Positions 1 through 14,420 are shown, numbered from the whole stretch's first letter. The stretch: 63,413 nucleotides of DNA, filler included, from Octopus bimaculoides (GCF_001194135.2; 6 parts of 5 records of this genome joined end to end with filler, not necessarily neighbours in it), one strand, 5' to 3'. Notes: generated from the sequence alone by a model not told the origin. Translations and numbers: made by a program.

Positions 1-105
1 CCTAGGTGCTTCGCAACAAAAATATTAAAAAATTCCAACAAAATGTGGCCAATAAAAGGTCAAATAAACGTTTACCTCTGCAGCCGATGTGACAGCACGT
101 CCGTC

Positions 106-175
<70 letters not shown>
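106..175. repeat. (AGAT)n tetranucleotide microsatellite
   Basis: Perfect AGAT run read directly. It is one of dozens of (AT)n, (AC)n, (CT)n, (TACA)n and (TATC)n tracts in the window, most flanking N gaps and not listed individually. Confidence 0.98.
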
Positions 176-906
176 GTTTCTAGGTTGTTATGTAGGTAGG
201 TGCATGTAAGTACAAGTAGGAAGATTGAGATAATGAAAGAGCGGGCAAAAAAGGTAGGTATGTAGGTAGATTGGTTGGTAGGAGAGTAATTTCGTGGACA
301 AGTACATCATGTAGGTAGTTCACCAGATTCCGTGAGGGCTATAGAATTTCGAAACATTCAAACGGAGATTGTGTGAGGAGAAAGAGGGAAGAGAGATAAA
401 GAGGGAGGAGAAAGAAAACAGGAGAGGGAGGAAAGACGAGGGAGGAGAGAGAATAATTAACCAAAATCTCCGCCCCTCTCACTAAATACAACCCATTCCA
501 CACCCACTCACTTTCTACTTCTATCTTTATTGATACTCTTAAACTAATAGCAGCAGCTGCACTTCTCAACCGTACTGACGTAACTAATCGATCATGTTGT
601 AGTTATCGCTGTGGTTGAGTTTGTTTGTGATTGTTGTTACATTAACAGTTGTTGCTGTTATTGTTTTGAGAGAAGGTGGAGTGGATAAATAACATTTTCC
701 CTTCATCAGATTTCTACCTTGTATAGTGGTGGCAGCGGATTGCATTAAATATTTACCTTGTATTTATTTCATTTATTTATCAATTATTTATATAAATATT
801 TAGTTGTTCCTATAAAATATTTTGGAATCTCTAATTCACGTGCAGCTGCCAGGATTTTTTTTTACCTCACAGAGACACAGGTACAAAGGGACTCTCNNNN
901 NNNNNN

Positions 907-907
<1 letters not shown>

Positions 908-972
<65 letters not shown>
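908..972. repeat. (CT)n microsatellite
   Basis: Perfect CT run after a short N gap. Confidence 0.97.
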
Positions 973-977
<5 letters not shown>

Positions 978-1126
978 TTCCTCTCTCTGTATATACGTGT
1001 AGGTATTTGATTTCTCTTGGTAATTGCTTTTAGATTTGTGTAGGCGTAGTTTCTCTTAGTATAAGTACATACATGCGTACATACATAGATATATACATGT
1101 GCGTAAGTATGTGTGTGTGTGTGTGC

Positions 1127-1173
<47 letters not shown>

Positions 1174-1815
1174 NNNNNNNNNNNNNNNNNNNNNNNNNNN
1201 NNNNNNNNNNNNNNNNNNNNNNNNNNNNNNNNNNNNNNNNNNNNNNNNNNNNNNNNNNNNNNNNNNNNNNNNNNNNNNNNNNNNNNNNNNNNNNNNNNNN
1301 NNNNNNNNNNNNNNNNNNNNNNNNNNNNNNNNNNNNNNNNNNNNNNNNNNNNNNNNNNNNNNNNNNNNNNNNNNNNNNNNNNNNNNNNNNNNNNNNNNNN
1401 NNNNNNNNNNNNNNNNNNNNNNNNNNNNNNNNNNNNNNNNNNNNNNNNNNNNNNNNNNNNNNNNNNNNNNNNNNNNNNNNNNNNNNNNNNNNNNNNNNNN
1501 NNNNNNNNNNNNNNNNNNNNNNNNNNNNNNNNNNNNNNNNNNNNNNNNNNNNNNNNNNNNNNNNNNNNNNNNNNNNNNNNNNNNNNNNNNNNNNNNNNNN
1601 NNNNNNNNNNNNNNNNNNNNNNNNNNNNNNNNNNNNNNNNNNNNNNNNNNNNNNNNNNNNNNNNNNNNNNNNNNNNNNNNNNNNNNNNNNNNNNNNNNNN
1701 NNNNNNNNNNNNNNNNNNNNNNNNNNNNNNNNNNNNNNNNNNNNNNNNNNNNNNNNNNNNNNNNNNNNNNNNNNNNNNNNNNNNNNNNNNNNNNNNNNNN
1801 NNNNNNNNNATACAT

Positions 1816-1985
1816 ATATACGACGGGCTTCTTTCAGCTTCCGTCTACCAAATCCACTCACAAGGCTTTGGTCGGCCCGAGGCTATAGTAGAAGACACTT
1901 GCCAAAGATGCCACGCAGTTGGTTTGAACCCGGAACCATGTGGTTGGTAAACAAGCTACTTACCACACAGCCACTTCTGCGCCTA
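1816..1985 (-). mobile_element. tRNA-derived octopus SINE (family A), 5' half
   Basis: Reverse complement gives a tRNA-like head (TGGCTGTGTGGT A-box-like, GGTTCAAACC B-box-like) then TTGGCAAGTGTCTTC...GAAAGAAGCCCGTCG. More than 10 homologous copies occur in this window. Confidence 0.88.
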
Positions 1986-1990
1986 TGCAC

Positions 1991-2027
<37 letters not shown>

Positions 2028-2389
2028 TACATACATATATATATATATGCATAAATACATTCGTATGTATATGTCATCAGAAGAAAGGATGAGTGTATAT
2101 CAGCAGAAGACAATGCATGGATATATTAGCAGAAGGCTCCACGATAGCAGCAACATCAATAACACTAGGAACAACTTAGAACATAATTTCTGTTGGGTTT
2201 GATTTTTACCTAATTTAGACTAAAATTGGCATGCTGATTTCAAAACTTCTTTTATCTTTCACGTGAAGTTTTTTTCTCTACAGCTTACTCTCTGAATAAG
2301 CACATTTGTATTGTGTGTTTGTATAGGGCTGGTCAGCTGCTTTATTACATTATTGATAACAATGGGGAATATTTTCAAAAACATATCTA

Positions 2390-3310
2390 GTTGTCGTTTT
2401 TTTTTACAATAAGTCCTAATTTGATGGAGCTGGATTCAGAAATGCCCTCAGATATTTTCTATCAAGTTTTCCGTTAAACAGGAATTTAATTTTGCCATTA
2501 AATGCAATTCTGAAATAAGAAACTGACACAAACCAGATAGTACTTTTTAATAACGTGTCTTAGAATAGATATTTCTGTCAAACTGGAGGTTCAGCTACTC
2601 AAAGAGTGGACTTTCTCTTTGCTGCTTCGTGTGAATAACTTGCATCATAACAGTCTCTTTGCAGAGTCCAGTAGTAATCAGCCACCATGTTTAGGGTCCA
2701 CCTGCCCTGATACCTAGTTTCCATGGTCTCGATATCTTGATAGAATCTTTCTCCTTGTTCATCATTTATTGTGCTATAATTTTCAGGGAAGTAGTCTAGA
2801 TGACTGCGGGAAATTCACTTTTACATTCACGTTGCAACCCAGTACTCGAAAACTGGTTTAGACGGTCTGCACAAATATTTCATAATTTGATAACTCCCTG
2901 TTTCCCCAAAAAATCAGACACAGCTGCAGCAAAAGCATTCCATGCCTCTTTTTCAGCGCCAGACATGGTCTCCAAACACTGCTCGTCCTGCAATAGCCAT
3001 TTCATTTGTGGCTCGTCAAACATACCAAACCTAATTGTCTCAAAAGACAAAGCTGAAAACTTTCTGCTTAAGTAGTTGAAACAGTCACTGCCTCAATGTT
3101 TCAACACATGTTTTACACACTATACGGGGTATTCAGGCTTTGTCTTGATCACCCAGTTTCATATCAAAGTAAGTACGGTAAGCTTTCTCCACGAAATCTG
3201 TGATTTTGTTTCACTGCCTAGGTAAAGTATGACATTCACAAACATAACAGAAGACATCCGGGTTGTTTCTGCGTTTTTCCCTCACAAGTGGCTCCATTTC
3301 TGAAATACAA
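2390..3310 (-). mobile_element. Chapaev3-type (CMC superfamily) DNA transposon, internally deleted pseudo-transposase
   Basis: Minus-strand translation gives the N-terminal zinc-finger region NNPDVFCYVCE...AYRTYFDMKLGDQDKA*IPRIVCKTCVETLRQ* joined to the C-terminal CFNYLSRKF...AWNAFAAAVSDFLG...HLDYFPENY...DEQGERFYQDIETMETRYQGRW..MVADYYW. Superfamily assignment is from recalled motifs. Confidence 0.75.
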
Positions 3311-4064
3311 AACATATATTCAAGATAGTTGCCAACTGGGAAAAGCATTTTCAGAATTGTCAACAGTTATAAAGTAAGTAAACGCAGATTTGAGGTGACA
3401 AAGTCCCATAAAGAGCATACATATCATGAAGTTCTTTCTACAGTTCTTTGACCGTGCTTAACAAAAAGTGTCCTTGACCAATGTGACCTCCCAATTAAAA
3501 CATTAAGGGCGCATACCAATTTTCATAAGAAATAAAGGTTCAACAAAACATGCCTCACCTGGTTTGCAATGATAGTCGCACTAAAAGAAAAGTACAATGT
3601 GGACATATCTGCAGACAAATTCCACAAACAGGAAGCATGTATGATGTCAAGGACCACAAAAATGTGTTGTTTATTAACATCTTAATGTATAAAGGACATT
3701 TCTAACGTCCATCAAGACATTTAAAACTGGTCAGGTTGAAAATAGTGAAATTTACTCAAGTATTTATTGAAGATAAATTATATCTTTTCTTTTCACTTTT
3801 GAAATTTCATTTACTTTAAATGATTTTGAATACCTATGTTTTCAAATTTGTCAAGCTTCATACATATGTCTACATTCGATGAAGTCATATTTGTCCTTAG
3901 AAATGGTGACAATACTGGAAATATTGAAAAATGGACCTTTGAGTTTGTGAAAAATCTTGACTGATAGAGCAAAATGGATTTCAATTTTTCAAATCAGCAC
4001 CCGCAAAATCACAGGTAAACCTGTCTCCAACACAAGACAACAAAAACCATGCTCCACAATATAA

Positions 4065-4600
4065 TCAAAAGGGTCTATCTTGGACCAACAACTGAATACT
4101 AATTCTCACTTTGAATAGTATGCGTTTGCAATCCAGGAACAGGAAATAGCAAGCAAATATCTGATGCAAAAAAGGGACAGAGACGCAAGAAAACCACCAA
4201 AATGTAATTATAGATGTAGATTTGTGTAGTTAACACCGATGATATCACACAAATTATAAGCAGTTGTCCGAAAAAATCATTGCGTTATTATCAACCTGAT
4301 GTTGTAGCTAAGACACTGTACAATGAGATCCGTTGGGTCCATAAACAGACAAGAATCAACAGTGTGATACAGGCCATAACCAGTGAAATCTCAGTAACAT
4401 TCAAATGTAAGAGATCAGACGCGAGTGATTGGGTACAGAGAAGAGTAGTTAAGTTGTGGAAATCAGTCACCCAACAGATGATAAGATTAAACTAAAGTTC
4501 AGCGAAAAAGAAAATACCTACGTTAAACTAGTCCGAAATTTACTGTTACTCAAGCCGGTTTATATTCGTTATTATTGGGGCCTCAGCACCAATCAGGGGA
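4065..4600 (+). mobile_element. Dong/R4-clade LINE, decayed 3' part (CCHC knuckle and RLE region)
   Basis: YAFAIQEQEIASKYLMQKRDRD...KCNYRCRF...DDITQIISSCP...DVVAKTLYNEI. Homologous to 10.05-10.69 kb. Confidence 0.78.
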
Positions 4601-4888
4601 AATACATAAATTAAACAAAATATACAAATCTGCAACGTAAACTGACACAAAATATTGCACGCATGCACAGAAACATGCACCAATACCTTGATGTTTAAAA
4701 TTCCAATGAAGGAACCTTGGATCTAGGTTAGAAACCGATTCCAGTGGTAAGAAATTTAGAAATAAAACTGAATAATACATATTATATACATATATATATA
4801 CATGCATTTATATATGCATATATATGTGTGTATATGTGTGTATGTGTGTATGCATATATATGTACATATATATATGTATATATGTATG

Positions 4889-4930
<42 letters not shown>

Positions 4931-4962
4931 NNNNNNNNNNNNNNNNNNNNNNNNNNNNNNNN

Positions 4963-5042
<80 letters not shown>

Positions 5043-7805
5043 ACTCTGTATATGGAGCTATATTGCTTAATCGGTATGCATTCTTTGACTTACCTTTTAT
5101 TGCAAAGCTTGATAATTGACAATTTTTTAAAGCATTGTTTATTGTTCCAAGTATTTGTGAGAATATGCCTGGCATTGATTATTACTTTTCTGAGGCTACT
5201 GCCGTTATTTCAGCCATTCTATATTGACTTAGGAACACTATTGTATATTATATGGCTTCTGATGTACTCTGCACTATTGTACTCCGCATTTGTGTGTAAA
5301 ATATTGGTAGGTGTCTATAATGTATCTGCTTGTATTTAGTTTGGCTTTGATGTATGAATGGAAAATCTGTATGGTAGAAACCAGAATCTACTGAAAGATT
5401 CATAGCGATGGCTTCCTGTTACTGTAGGAGATTTAAAGAAGTGGTTTATGATCAGAGATTATGGCAAAGTGTTTAACATGGTGATAGCTGTGGAGAGCTT
5501 CTCATACGCCCACACAACTCCAAAAGCATCTTTTTTTTTTGTTTGCTTCTATTTTTATTTTGTTTTCGATAATGTTGTAGGATCAATTCTGGAAAGTGGT
5601 AATATTTGATGTCATATTTTTTTGTTGCTATATTCCATCAAAATTGCAACTCGATTGAGTTAGCAGAAATCACTATTTTACATGCTGTTCTGATGTTGAA
5701 ATGTGTTACAAGTGCTTGTGTTGAGAATGGTTCCCTCAAATGACTGAATATTCTTTTATGAGAGTCACTCCACCTTCCTTTGGATATCGGCTTCTGATCA
5801 AAGCAAAATAATAAATAATAGCGGAGAAAATTAATCTCCTTGGAAAATATTGCTTTTAATCTTGTTCTCAGACAACTACTTCAGAGCATATGTCAATTTG
5901 ACTAACCAGAACCCCATACTTACGTCAATAACGTTTTGTATTTCACCATAGATGCAAAATATGATGAGAGGCACAGAATAGAAAAAGTGGATATGGGTAT
6001 CATGTCTATGATTTTCATTAGTCGATGTGTTATATTGCATGGTTCATTCTATCTTTCACATTCTTAAAATATCATTTTGTCACCTTTTATCATGTATTGC
6101 CTTCATTCATGCCTTTTTGTTTTGTTTCTCAGGAAATAGACGCTTCACCACATAAAGAAAAGTAAATAATCAGATATGTAACTGCAATTATTTATTTCAT
6201 TTCTTTTCATTTAAAGGTATTTCTTTATTTTGTCATCAATGTTGATGCATTTACTGTTTGGAACTGGCCAATGTCTAGCAGTAACCAGTGATATATTTAT
6301 AAAAACACTTCCAGAAATCTTTCTATATTAAGTATTATAACTTCCAAAAATTTGGCATTGTTACTGAGTTCCTGAGAAATTGCACCAGCACAACAGTATG
6401 GTGAAGTTCATTGCACTGTTTTCCATTGACTGCGAGAACTGGGCAATTGTGTTAATTGCGTACTATCGAACCTATTATCAATGGGTCACTTTAAAAAATC
6501 TGTCCTTTGGTTTTTATGATGGAGCATTAGTAATTATTATTTCGGAGAAATCTTTACCAAAACTCACTACTCTCAGTTACCCACGTCATATCGTATCAAT
6601 TTTATTAACACTCTTTGTCTTTCAATTATTTATTAACTTGTTTATTTGTTTATTTAACACCGTCTGAACCCATCATTATTTTTCATGAATTACGGTTTTA
6701 TTCCTTTCTGTTTTGCCCGTTCACACAGCTGACACTCACTTATATATCGTTGGCATTTTGTAATTAAAGCACGAGATTACTCCCAGCTCATCAGGTTAAC
6801 ACTTCGTATTGGCATCATCTGCAAACTGCGACGTTCAGAACACAAACACCTGGTTGCAACAACCATCACACCTCCATTCATTTCTTTCTGACAATTGACA
6901 CGTCACAATTGTATTTTCATCTTCATATCCTGACAATCGGATGTGTGCGCTTGAGATGGTAGACACACCTCACTTGATTGTTAATCAATTATCTCCCAGC
7001 AATACTAATTATTGTGCATTAAATAGGGAATACTATGAATTTAGTCTAGATAAAGCGAAGAGTCAATGAAAGAAGATTTCAGTATATCTTTCGCAAATAA
7101 ACACGCAGGCATACACGTATAAGCTCATGAATTCATACTTGTGTATGTATGCATAATTCTCTATTTCTTTATCTATCTATAAATAAACAACATACACATA
7201 CACACACACACATATGTCTATATATATATATATATATNNNNNNNNNNNNNNNNNNNNNNNNNNNNNNNNNNNNNNNNNNNNNNNNNNNNNNNNNNNNNNN
7301 NNNNNNNNNNNNNNNNNNNNNNNNNNNNNNNNNNNNNNNNNNNNNNNNNNNNNNNNNNNNNNNNNNNNNNNNNNNNNNNNNNNNNNNNNNNNNNNNNNNN
7401 NNNNNNNNNNNNNNNNNNNNNNNNNNNNNNNNNNNNNNNNNNNNNNNNNNNNNNNNNNNNNNNNNNNNNNNNNNNNNNNNNNNNNNNNNNNNNNNNNNNN
7501 NNNNNNNNNNNNNNNNNNNNNNNNNNNNNNNNNNNNNNNNNNNNNNNNNNNNNNNNNNNNNNNNNNNNNNNNNNNNNNNNNNNNNNNNNNNNNNNNNNNN
7601 NNNNNNNNNNNNNNNNNNNNNNNNNNNNNNNNNNNNNNNNNNNNNNNNNNNNNNNNNNNNNNNNNNNNNNNNNNNNNNNNNNNNNNNNNNNNNNNNNNNN
7701 NNNNNNNNNNNNNNNNNNNNNNNNNNNNNNNNNNNNNNNNNNNNNNNNNNNNNNNNNNNNNNNNNNNNNNNNNNNNNNNNNNNNNNNNNNNNNNNNNNNN
7801 NNNNN

Positions 7806-8330
7806 GTATTTCGATGTATTTATTTTTCAGAGTTTATGGTTCCAACACATTCGATCAACTCAGAACGACCATTGCTGGTGACAGCTCCCCATACCATTAC
7901 AAGATACCGCCATGTTTCACAGTGGGTTGGAGTCGTTTCAAATTAAATTCTTGATTGGGAAGCCTCCAGCCCAAACACGTCCACTGTCTTAAAATAATGC
8001 AAATCTGAATTCATCTGAGAAAATCACTCTATCCCATGATATTAATTGGTTGAAGGAGAGGTTTTCTTCTAGCCTTTTTTCTAGCTGCTCGTCCATAATA
8101 CCCAAGCTTATGCAGATATGTAACACACGTTCTTGGACTAACTTCTAGCTGTTTTGCAATGTCAGAAGCCTTTGCACGGAGCTCGTTTTCCACAATTCTC
8201 TTCGATGGCATGGTTACTCTTCGCAAATGTTTAATATAATGGCACCTAGAATGAAAAAGAATAATTACATTGTAAATTCTAAACCGCTGAAAACATATTA
8301 AGACGCTTAGATCAGAAATTTTGAACATTA
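7806..8330 (-). mobile_element. Tc1-like transposase fragment (HTH2 and first catalytic Asp region)
   Basis: ASDIAKQLEVSPRTCVTYLHKLGYYGRAARKK, then WDRVIFSDEFRF...LQPTVKHGG..VMVWGAVTSNGRSELI. Contains frameshifts and is truncated at an N gap. Confidence 0.9.
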
Positions 8331-8809
8331 AAGGTGTCTATTTACTTACTGCATGTCTATGAATATGTATCAAACACGTATATTTATACATCAATATTAT
8401 AGTCTATATATATATATGCACATGCATAAGCACGCACAGACATGCATATAATCGTACATACACACATATATACATTAACTTAAATACATACACAAACATA
8501 TAAACATGAATACACACATATATCGGTGTCTCTGCGTGGGTGTATGTGTGGAAGTAACTTGGAGGTAACTTGCTTTTGTCTCAACTCGAGCACCTTGTGT
8601 TTGTACATATGTGCATATTAATGTATGTTTTAGCATATATATTGACACATAGATACACACGCGCATGCATGCACACGTACAGACATACAAACAGTCACTC
8701 GCACACACATATACATACATACATATATATATATACGTGCATGCACACATACATAGATATATGCATGCATAAATATATATATGCATACATATATATATGT
8801 GTGTCTGTG

Positions 8810-8909
<100 letters not shown>

Positions 8910-10049
8910 TGTATATATATACCCGAGCGATTGCAGGTTAATCTTAATAATTATTTTCTAACTAAACTAATTCAGATTCTTATTTATTCATATTTTTTAC
9001 CCTTATATAACTAACATTATTAATATTACTTCTTTTCTCATATTCTTTTCTTTTCAAAGAAAAAGAAGAATGGTCACAACATAACAAATGAATTATTTCC
9101 TCTCCATTTTCTCAGCGCACCTGCTAATTGTTCTACGGATTCTTTATCGCTAAAGTAAAGAAAACGACAGCCTTAATGTATTTTGCATCTTCTGGCGTAT
9201 ATTGCTTTTGTTCTTGTTGATGTTACAGTTGTTGCTGTTGTTGTTGTTGTTGTTGTTGTTTTTCTATCTTTATTAGAGTGTTCTATCCTTGAGAGATAAT
9301 AAAATTTACTTTTGGTGGATTTGAGAGATAATAAAATTAAATGAGGAATACTTTAAGAAGACAAATATTGACATTCTGACATTTTGAATTATCTCCTGAA
9401 ATAGAAAAGATATTAGCAGCAGAGAGTTATCATTGATCTTGTTAGGTCTCTCTTACCCTTAAGGCTGACAAAAATTTGTTTATTAAAAATACCTCGAGTG
9501 TGTATATTACACGTATACCTGTATCCATAGGGTACACATGCATGCATGAATCCATACATGCATAAAATACATGAAAATCTACAGATTCACGGAAACAACC
9601 ATATGCATACAAGCAAATATATGAACAGATACATACATAATACATTCATGCATACATATATGCATGCATGCATACATACGTACACACATACACACACATA
9701 CATGCATACTTACATACATACATACACACACACATACATACATACATACATACATACATACATACATACATACATACATACGTACGTACGTACACACGTA
9801 CGTACATTCATACAAACATGACTAGCTAGTTACGGGCTCTAAATTACAATCCTGAGACTGCATTTTGGGGTTAAAGAATTGCTAATTCTCTACTGGTAAT
9901 AAATTTGAAAAATAAGCAAGGTCATCCATCCATCCATCCATACATACATACATATGTACATACATACATACGTACCTACCTACCTACATACATACATACA
10001 TACATACATGCATACATACATACATACATACATACATACATACATACAT

Positions 10050-11450
10050 GATGAAACCCGAGCCATTGATGTGAAAACCCGAAAAATACTAACCAGCACA
10101 CATAATTTTCCACATAAACAGTGACTTAGACTGCCTCTACCTAAAACGTAAACAAAACAACAGAGGCTTAACATCGATCCAAAATGTCTTTGAATGTCGT
10201 ATCATATCCTTTCGGCAACATCTTTTAACCACCAGCGGCCGAAGTGCATCCCTTAACCAAGTTTGCATACATGAGGCTGATAACATCATAAGAGTTGGAA
10301 GGCAGCTCCTTGAGCAACACTCCTTGTCTGATAACCTAGAATACATGCCCAAAGATGTCACACAACTCTACCACAACATATGAGATGGAAGGATTAGCCT
10401 ATATGAGCAGAAGACTATGCCTGGGTATGTTAGTAGAAAGCTCCGTGATGATAGTAACATCGACCATCAAAGCAGTCTATTATGGACGAATAGCCGGATT
10501 ACCACCTCATACTTTGAAGGGTATGTGTTTGCAATCCAGGAACAGGAAATATCAACTAAGTTCCTGATGTACAAAAGGGATAGAGATGCGGGAAAAGCAG
10601 TAAAATGTGACAACCGATGCAGACTTTATGGAGTCCACACTGAAGATATCACCTACATCATAAGCAGTTGTCCGGGGAATCGGAAATGAGCTCCTCGAGA
10701 AAATATTACCGGAAAGAGGACCAGGGATGCAACTCAAAGATTTGATGAATTTTAATGCAACGAAGATCATACATAGCTATTTTGTAGAACATCTTCAATG
10801 TGAAAAACAATGTTTATAACTAAAGTTCCAACCCTGTGGTGTGCTTTTGCAATTCGGAAACAGAAAAGTAAACTATATATTTGTTGTACAAAAGCAAAAC
10901 ATTTAGATGTAAACAAATGATGCAGATTCTATGGAATTAACAGCAAAGATGTCAGCCATATCAATACCATCTGTCTGAAAACGTTGTGGACAAAATAATG
11001 TGTAAAACAATGCCCAAAAAGGAATGTCTTGAAGTTAAAATATAAGAAGCTACAGTGATGTGATCAGCATAAGCACACATAAGGTAAAAGAAGATCTCGG
11101 TAAAACGCAACACTAACGCATCTGGCATCATGCTTTTGGACAGGGTAAAGAATCTTTGCACAGTAGTGACGCTAGTTGGCGAGTAGATGCTATCATAAAT
11201 TTAAAGATTAGTGAAAAAGGAGACAATTAAGTGAAATTAATGAGAAGTCTTCAGACGCTCCGCTCGAACTATGACCTTTAGATTTATAACCTATAACAGC
11301 TGGACAATGTGGGTATGTCACTACCTATCTTGGCACCAACCTTGAGAAACTTTATTTCGCAAAACCAGAACGAATACAGCTAATTAGCTAATTGGGAAAC
11401 TACAATATCAAGCCCATTGATAGCATTGTGCCCATATGTAAAACAACCCA
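10050..11450 (+). mobile_element. Dong/R4-clade LINE, decayed RT C-terminus, knuckle and RLE
   Basis: IDVKTRKILTST..FHINSDLDCLYLKR..RGLTSIQ; FEGYVFAIQEQEISTKFL..CDNRCRLYGVHTEDITYIISSCP; downstream IMLLDRVKNLCTVV (RLE-like). Confidence 0.82.
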
Positions 11451-11995
11451 AAATTTTATCCTAGTATAGGAGTACATACACACAGCTAGACATGCTAACA
11501 TATGTATGTATGCACGCACATATATATCAAGATATATTCACACATTTAATGACACACATGCTTACACGCACAAATACGTGTGCTGATACCGATACACAAA
11601 CAAACATACACACGTACATATACACACACCAACATACATATATTCATGCATACATACGAATAATACGCATAGTTATAAGTTTAAAGCTGCAAGCTAACGA
11701 AGTCACCGTAAAAATAGGTGAAACATCCGAGAAATTATGTGTGTAATAAAATCCATATGTTTGCAGACGAACATATATATGTATATGGACATATGTATAT
11801 ATGCGTACAAGACTATGCTATCCCTATTTCGAGAAAGTTCCTTATTTCTAGGCTAGATATCCTGTTTTTCTAAATCCGTGAGAAATTAAAGAATAAAATA
11901 GGGTAAAAACATATATACATGATTATCTAGCAGATGTCTAAATTCCACAGAAAGCGATTTCACTGTTGGCGAGAAATTTGAAAAATTTTTTGAAG

Positions 11996-12051
<56 letters not shown>

Positions 12052-12159
12052 TACACACGCACACACACACAAACAGATATACGCGTGCATACATACATAC
12101 ACACATACATACATACACAACACAAACATACATGCACACACACGCACACACAGATGTAT

Positions 12160-12202
<43 letters not shown>

Positions 12203-12641
12203 AACGTGTATATACACACACATATATATGTATATATAAACTTACATATATACATACATACCTTGAAGACTGACTGACAACCTCTAGACCCAATCAATTA
12301 GCGGTACAATGATGATTTATAAACCATTCCAAAAATTCACCACTTGAATTTTCTAGAAAAAACATGCATATACCATTACATGTGCGTATATATCATTCAA
12401 ACACATGCAATAAAAATCACGCACCCCTATACTGAAAACACATGTACACCTATCACATTAAATCAAGTACATCCATTATACACCCACGTAAATTCACCCA
12501 CATATACACAGCCACATGTGATGAGTGTCTTGATTTAAACGATGAAACCTTTCTTAGTAAGTAATTTGAACGAATAAGAATTGAAATAAGCTTTAAGGAA
12601 AAGAATATACACACCCGCGTGTATGCATGTGTGAATATATT

Positions 12642-12685
<44 letters not shown>

Positions 12686-12784
12686 CAAATGGATGCGTGG
12701 TGTTCAATCATATAATAATATAAATAAGATATATATATAGGCATATATACATACATATATGTATATACTGACATATATATATAT

Positions 12785-12938
12785 ATGCATATATGGGTAC
12801 AGGACATCAGAAAACGTAAACATGATATACGAAGACAAGCATTTTTTTGCGAACGTGAGAAACAAATGGAAAACAAGACAACATAAAGTACGGCCCTTCA
12901 TCAGTTGTCGGCTGTTTATCTACTCCACATTTCGAGCG
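12785..12938 (-). repeat. Interspersed repeat of unknown class, copy 1 (copy 2 at 61445-61601 +)
   Basis: Both copies share TCGAAATG..GAGTAGAT...GACAACTGAyGAAGGG....CTTTATGTTG...ATGTCCTGTACCCATATATGCAT. Confidence 0.8.
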
Positions 12939-13699
12939 CACAGACATACACATACACCTACACACATATACACGCACGCATACATACATACATACATACA
13001 TGCATACATGCATGTATGCATGTATGCATGTATGTATGTATGTATGTATGTATGGATGGACTCACATATACACATACAAATCCATTCGCACACACATACA
13101 CGCACGGATATACACTACATACCTGCCCTCAATTCGCTGCCGACCACATTTGTATTCTCTTTCTCTTTCCTTTTGATATACTTAAGGCATACACCAGTAT
13201 GGCAAAGCCAAGACTCCACTTCGTACACAGCGACAGAACTTCAAATCTGGTCGCAGCAGTGCAAGTAACCAAAACAGTGTAACCAAAACAGTTAAACCTA
13301 TATGTTCTCATAAACGATGAAAATTACGGAAGTGGTGGAATATCTTTGCTGCTGATGACCTGGAAGATCCACCGTCGGTTTGTGTTTCCATATATTCTAA
13401 ATCTTGTTTGGTACTAGATAAATAAATTAATTAATGTAAAAATAACTGCACTTTTAAATTTTATTGTGACAGTGGCTTGTGAGAAACGAATGCATACCAG
13501 CTGCCGTTAGGTTACCTTGCAGTCAGCCTGACCGTTTATAACATACTCTCATTGAATGTAGGAATGACGACAACAAATTATACTACATTCTGAAAGAGTG
13601 AAATGTGTAAACAATTGAAAGATATCATTAGTGAAATGCTTCATGAAAAGACAATTTTCTCTTAATAATTTCTGCTAAAAGAAAGACTACATTTGACTA

Positions 13700-13930
13700 A
13701 CACTGCTAGGAGACCACTGAGTTGATATTAGCAGTGATTAAAGAAATCCGAAGTGAATCTTTACAATACTGTGATGTTTCTACACTTTGCCAAATTTGCA
13801 ATTGTTTATATACCTTCTCAACAGCTGAGAATTTTAGAGGAGTAAACAAAAATAGAACAATAAGAAAATTCCATCGTGGATTTGGAAAATGGAGAATAGA
13901 TCGTAGGCCTACAGAAGACTGTCGGTAATG
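13700..13930 (+). mobile_element. Highly decayed Chapaev3-like C-terminal remnant
   Basis: ENFRGV...KFHR...GKWRIDRRPTEDCR* weakly parallels ENLGxVS..RFHQ..GRW..MADYCW. Confidence 0.3.
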
Positions 13931-14169
13931 TGACGATGGTTATCACATGTAAACATACAAATATCTATATTCACCACCGCCAGAGAGTGAAAATTAAATT
14001 AGAAAAAAATTTTCTGCTTTACTTTTTCAAACAGAATATTTGAGTATATATCACTGTCAGTGTTAGAAGTAGTCAGTGTAAAACTCTGATAAAAAAAAAA
14101 AACAAATAAACATGAAATTGAATCGAAACCGACTCGTGTTTTACAGAGACATGAAAGACAATCAATAAA

Positions 14170-14420
14170 TGTCACAAAAATTCCTTCTTCTTGAATGAAG
14201 TTTCCTTCCTTTAGAAAGATACAGATTCGTTTTGGAGATAAATCTGGAGTGAGGAATAAAAAGTTTTAACCAGGATGCAGTGTGTCCAAAAAACTTCTAA
14301 AAGTAAAGTTTTGCCCTGAATTGCATCAAAAGCATACAACACCAATGGTGATACCTTTGAGACTATCATTCAAAAACTTCACTATAGAAAAGCACCAGGA
14401 AGATGCTTGATTATCGGATA
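14170..14420 (-). mobile_element. Highly decayed mariner-like remnant
   Basis: Minus strand has LTPDLSPK (YSPDLAP-like); little else is recognisable. Confidence 0.28.

Noticed and set aside
3430-4060. Possible further CMC/Transib-type terminal fragment
   Set aside because: Only vague subterminal resemblance. I could not establish TIRs, a TSD or a diagnostic protein motif.
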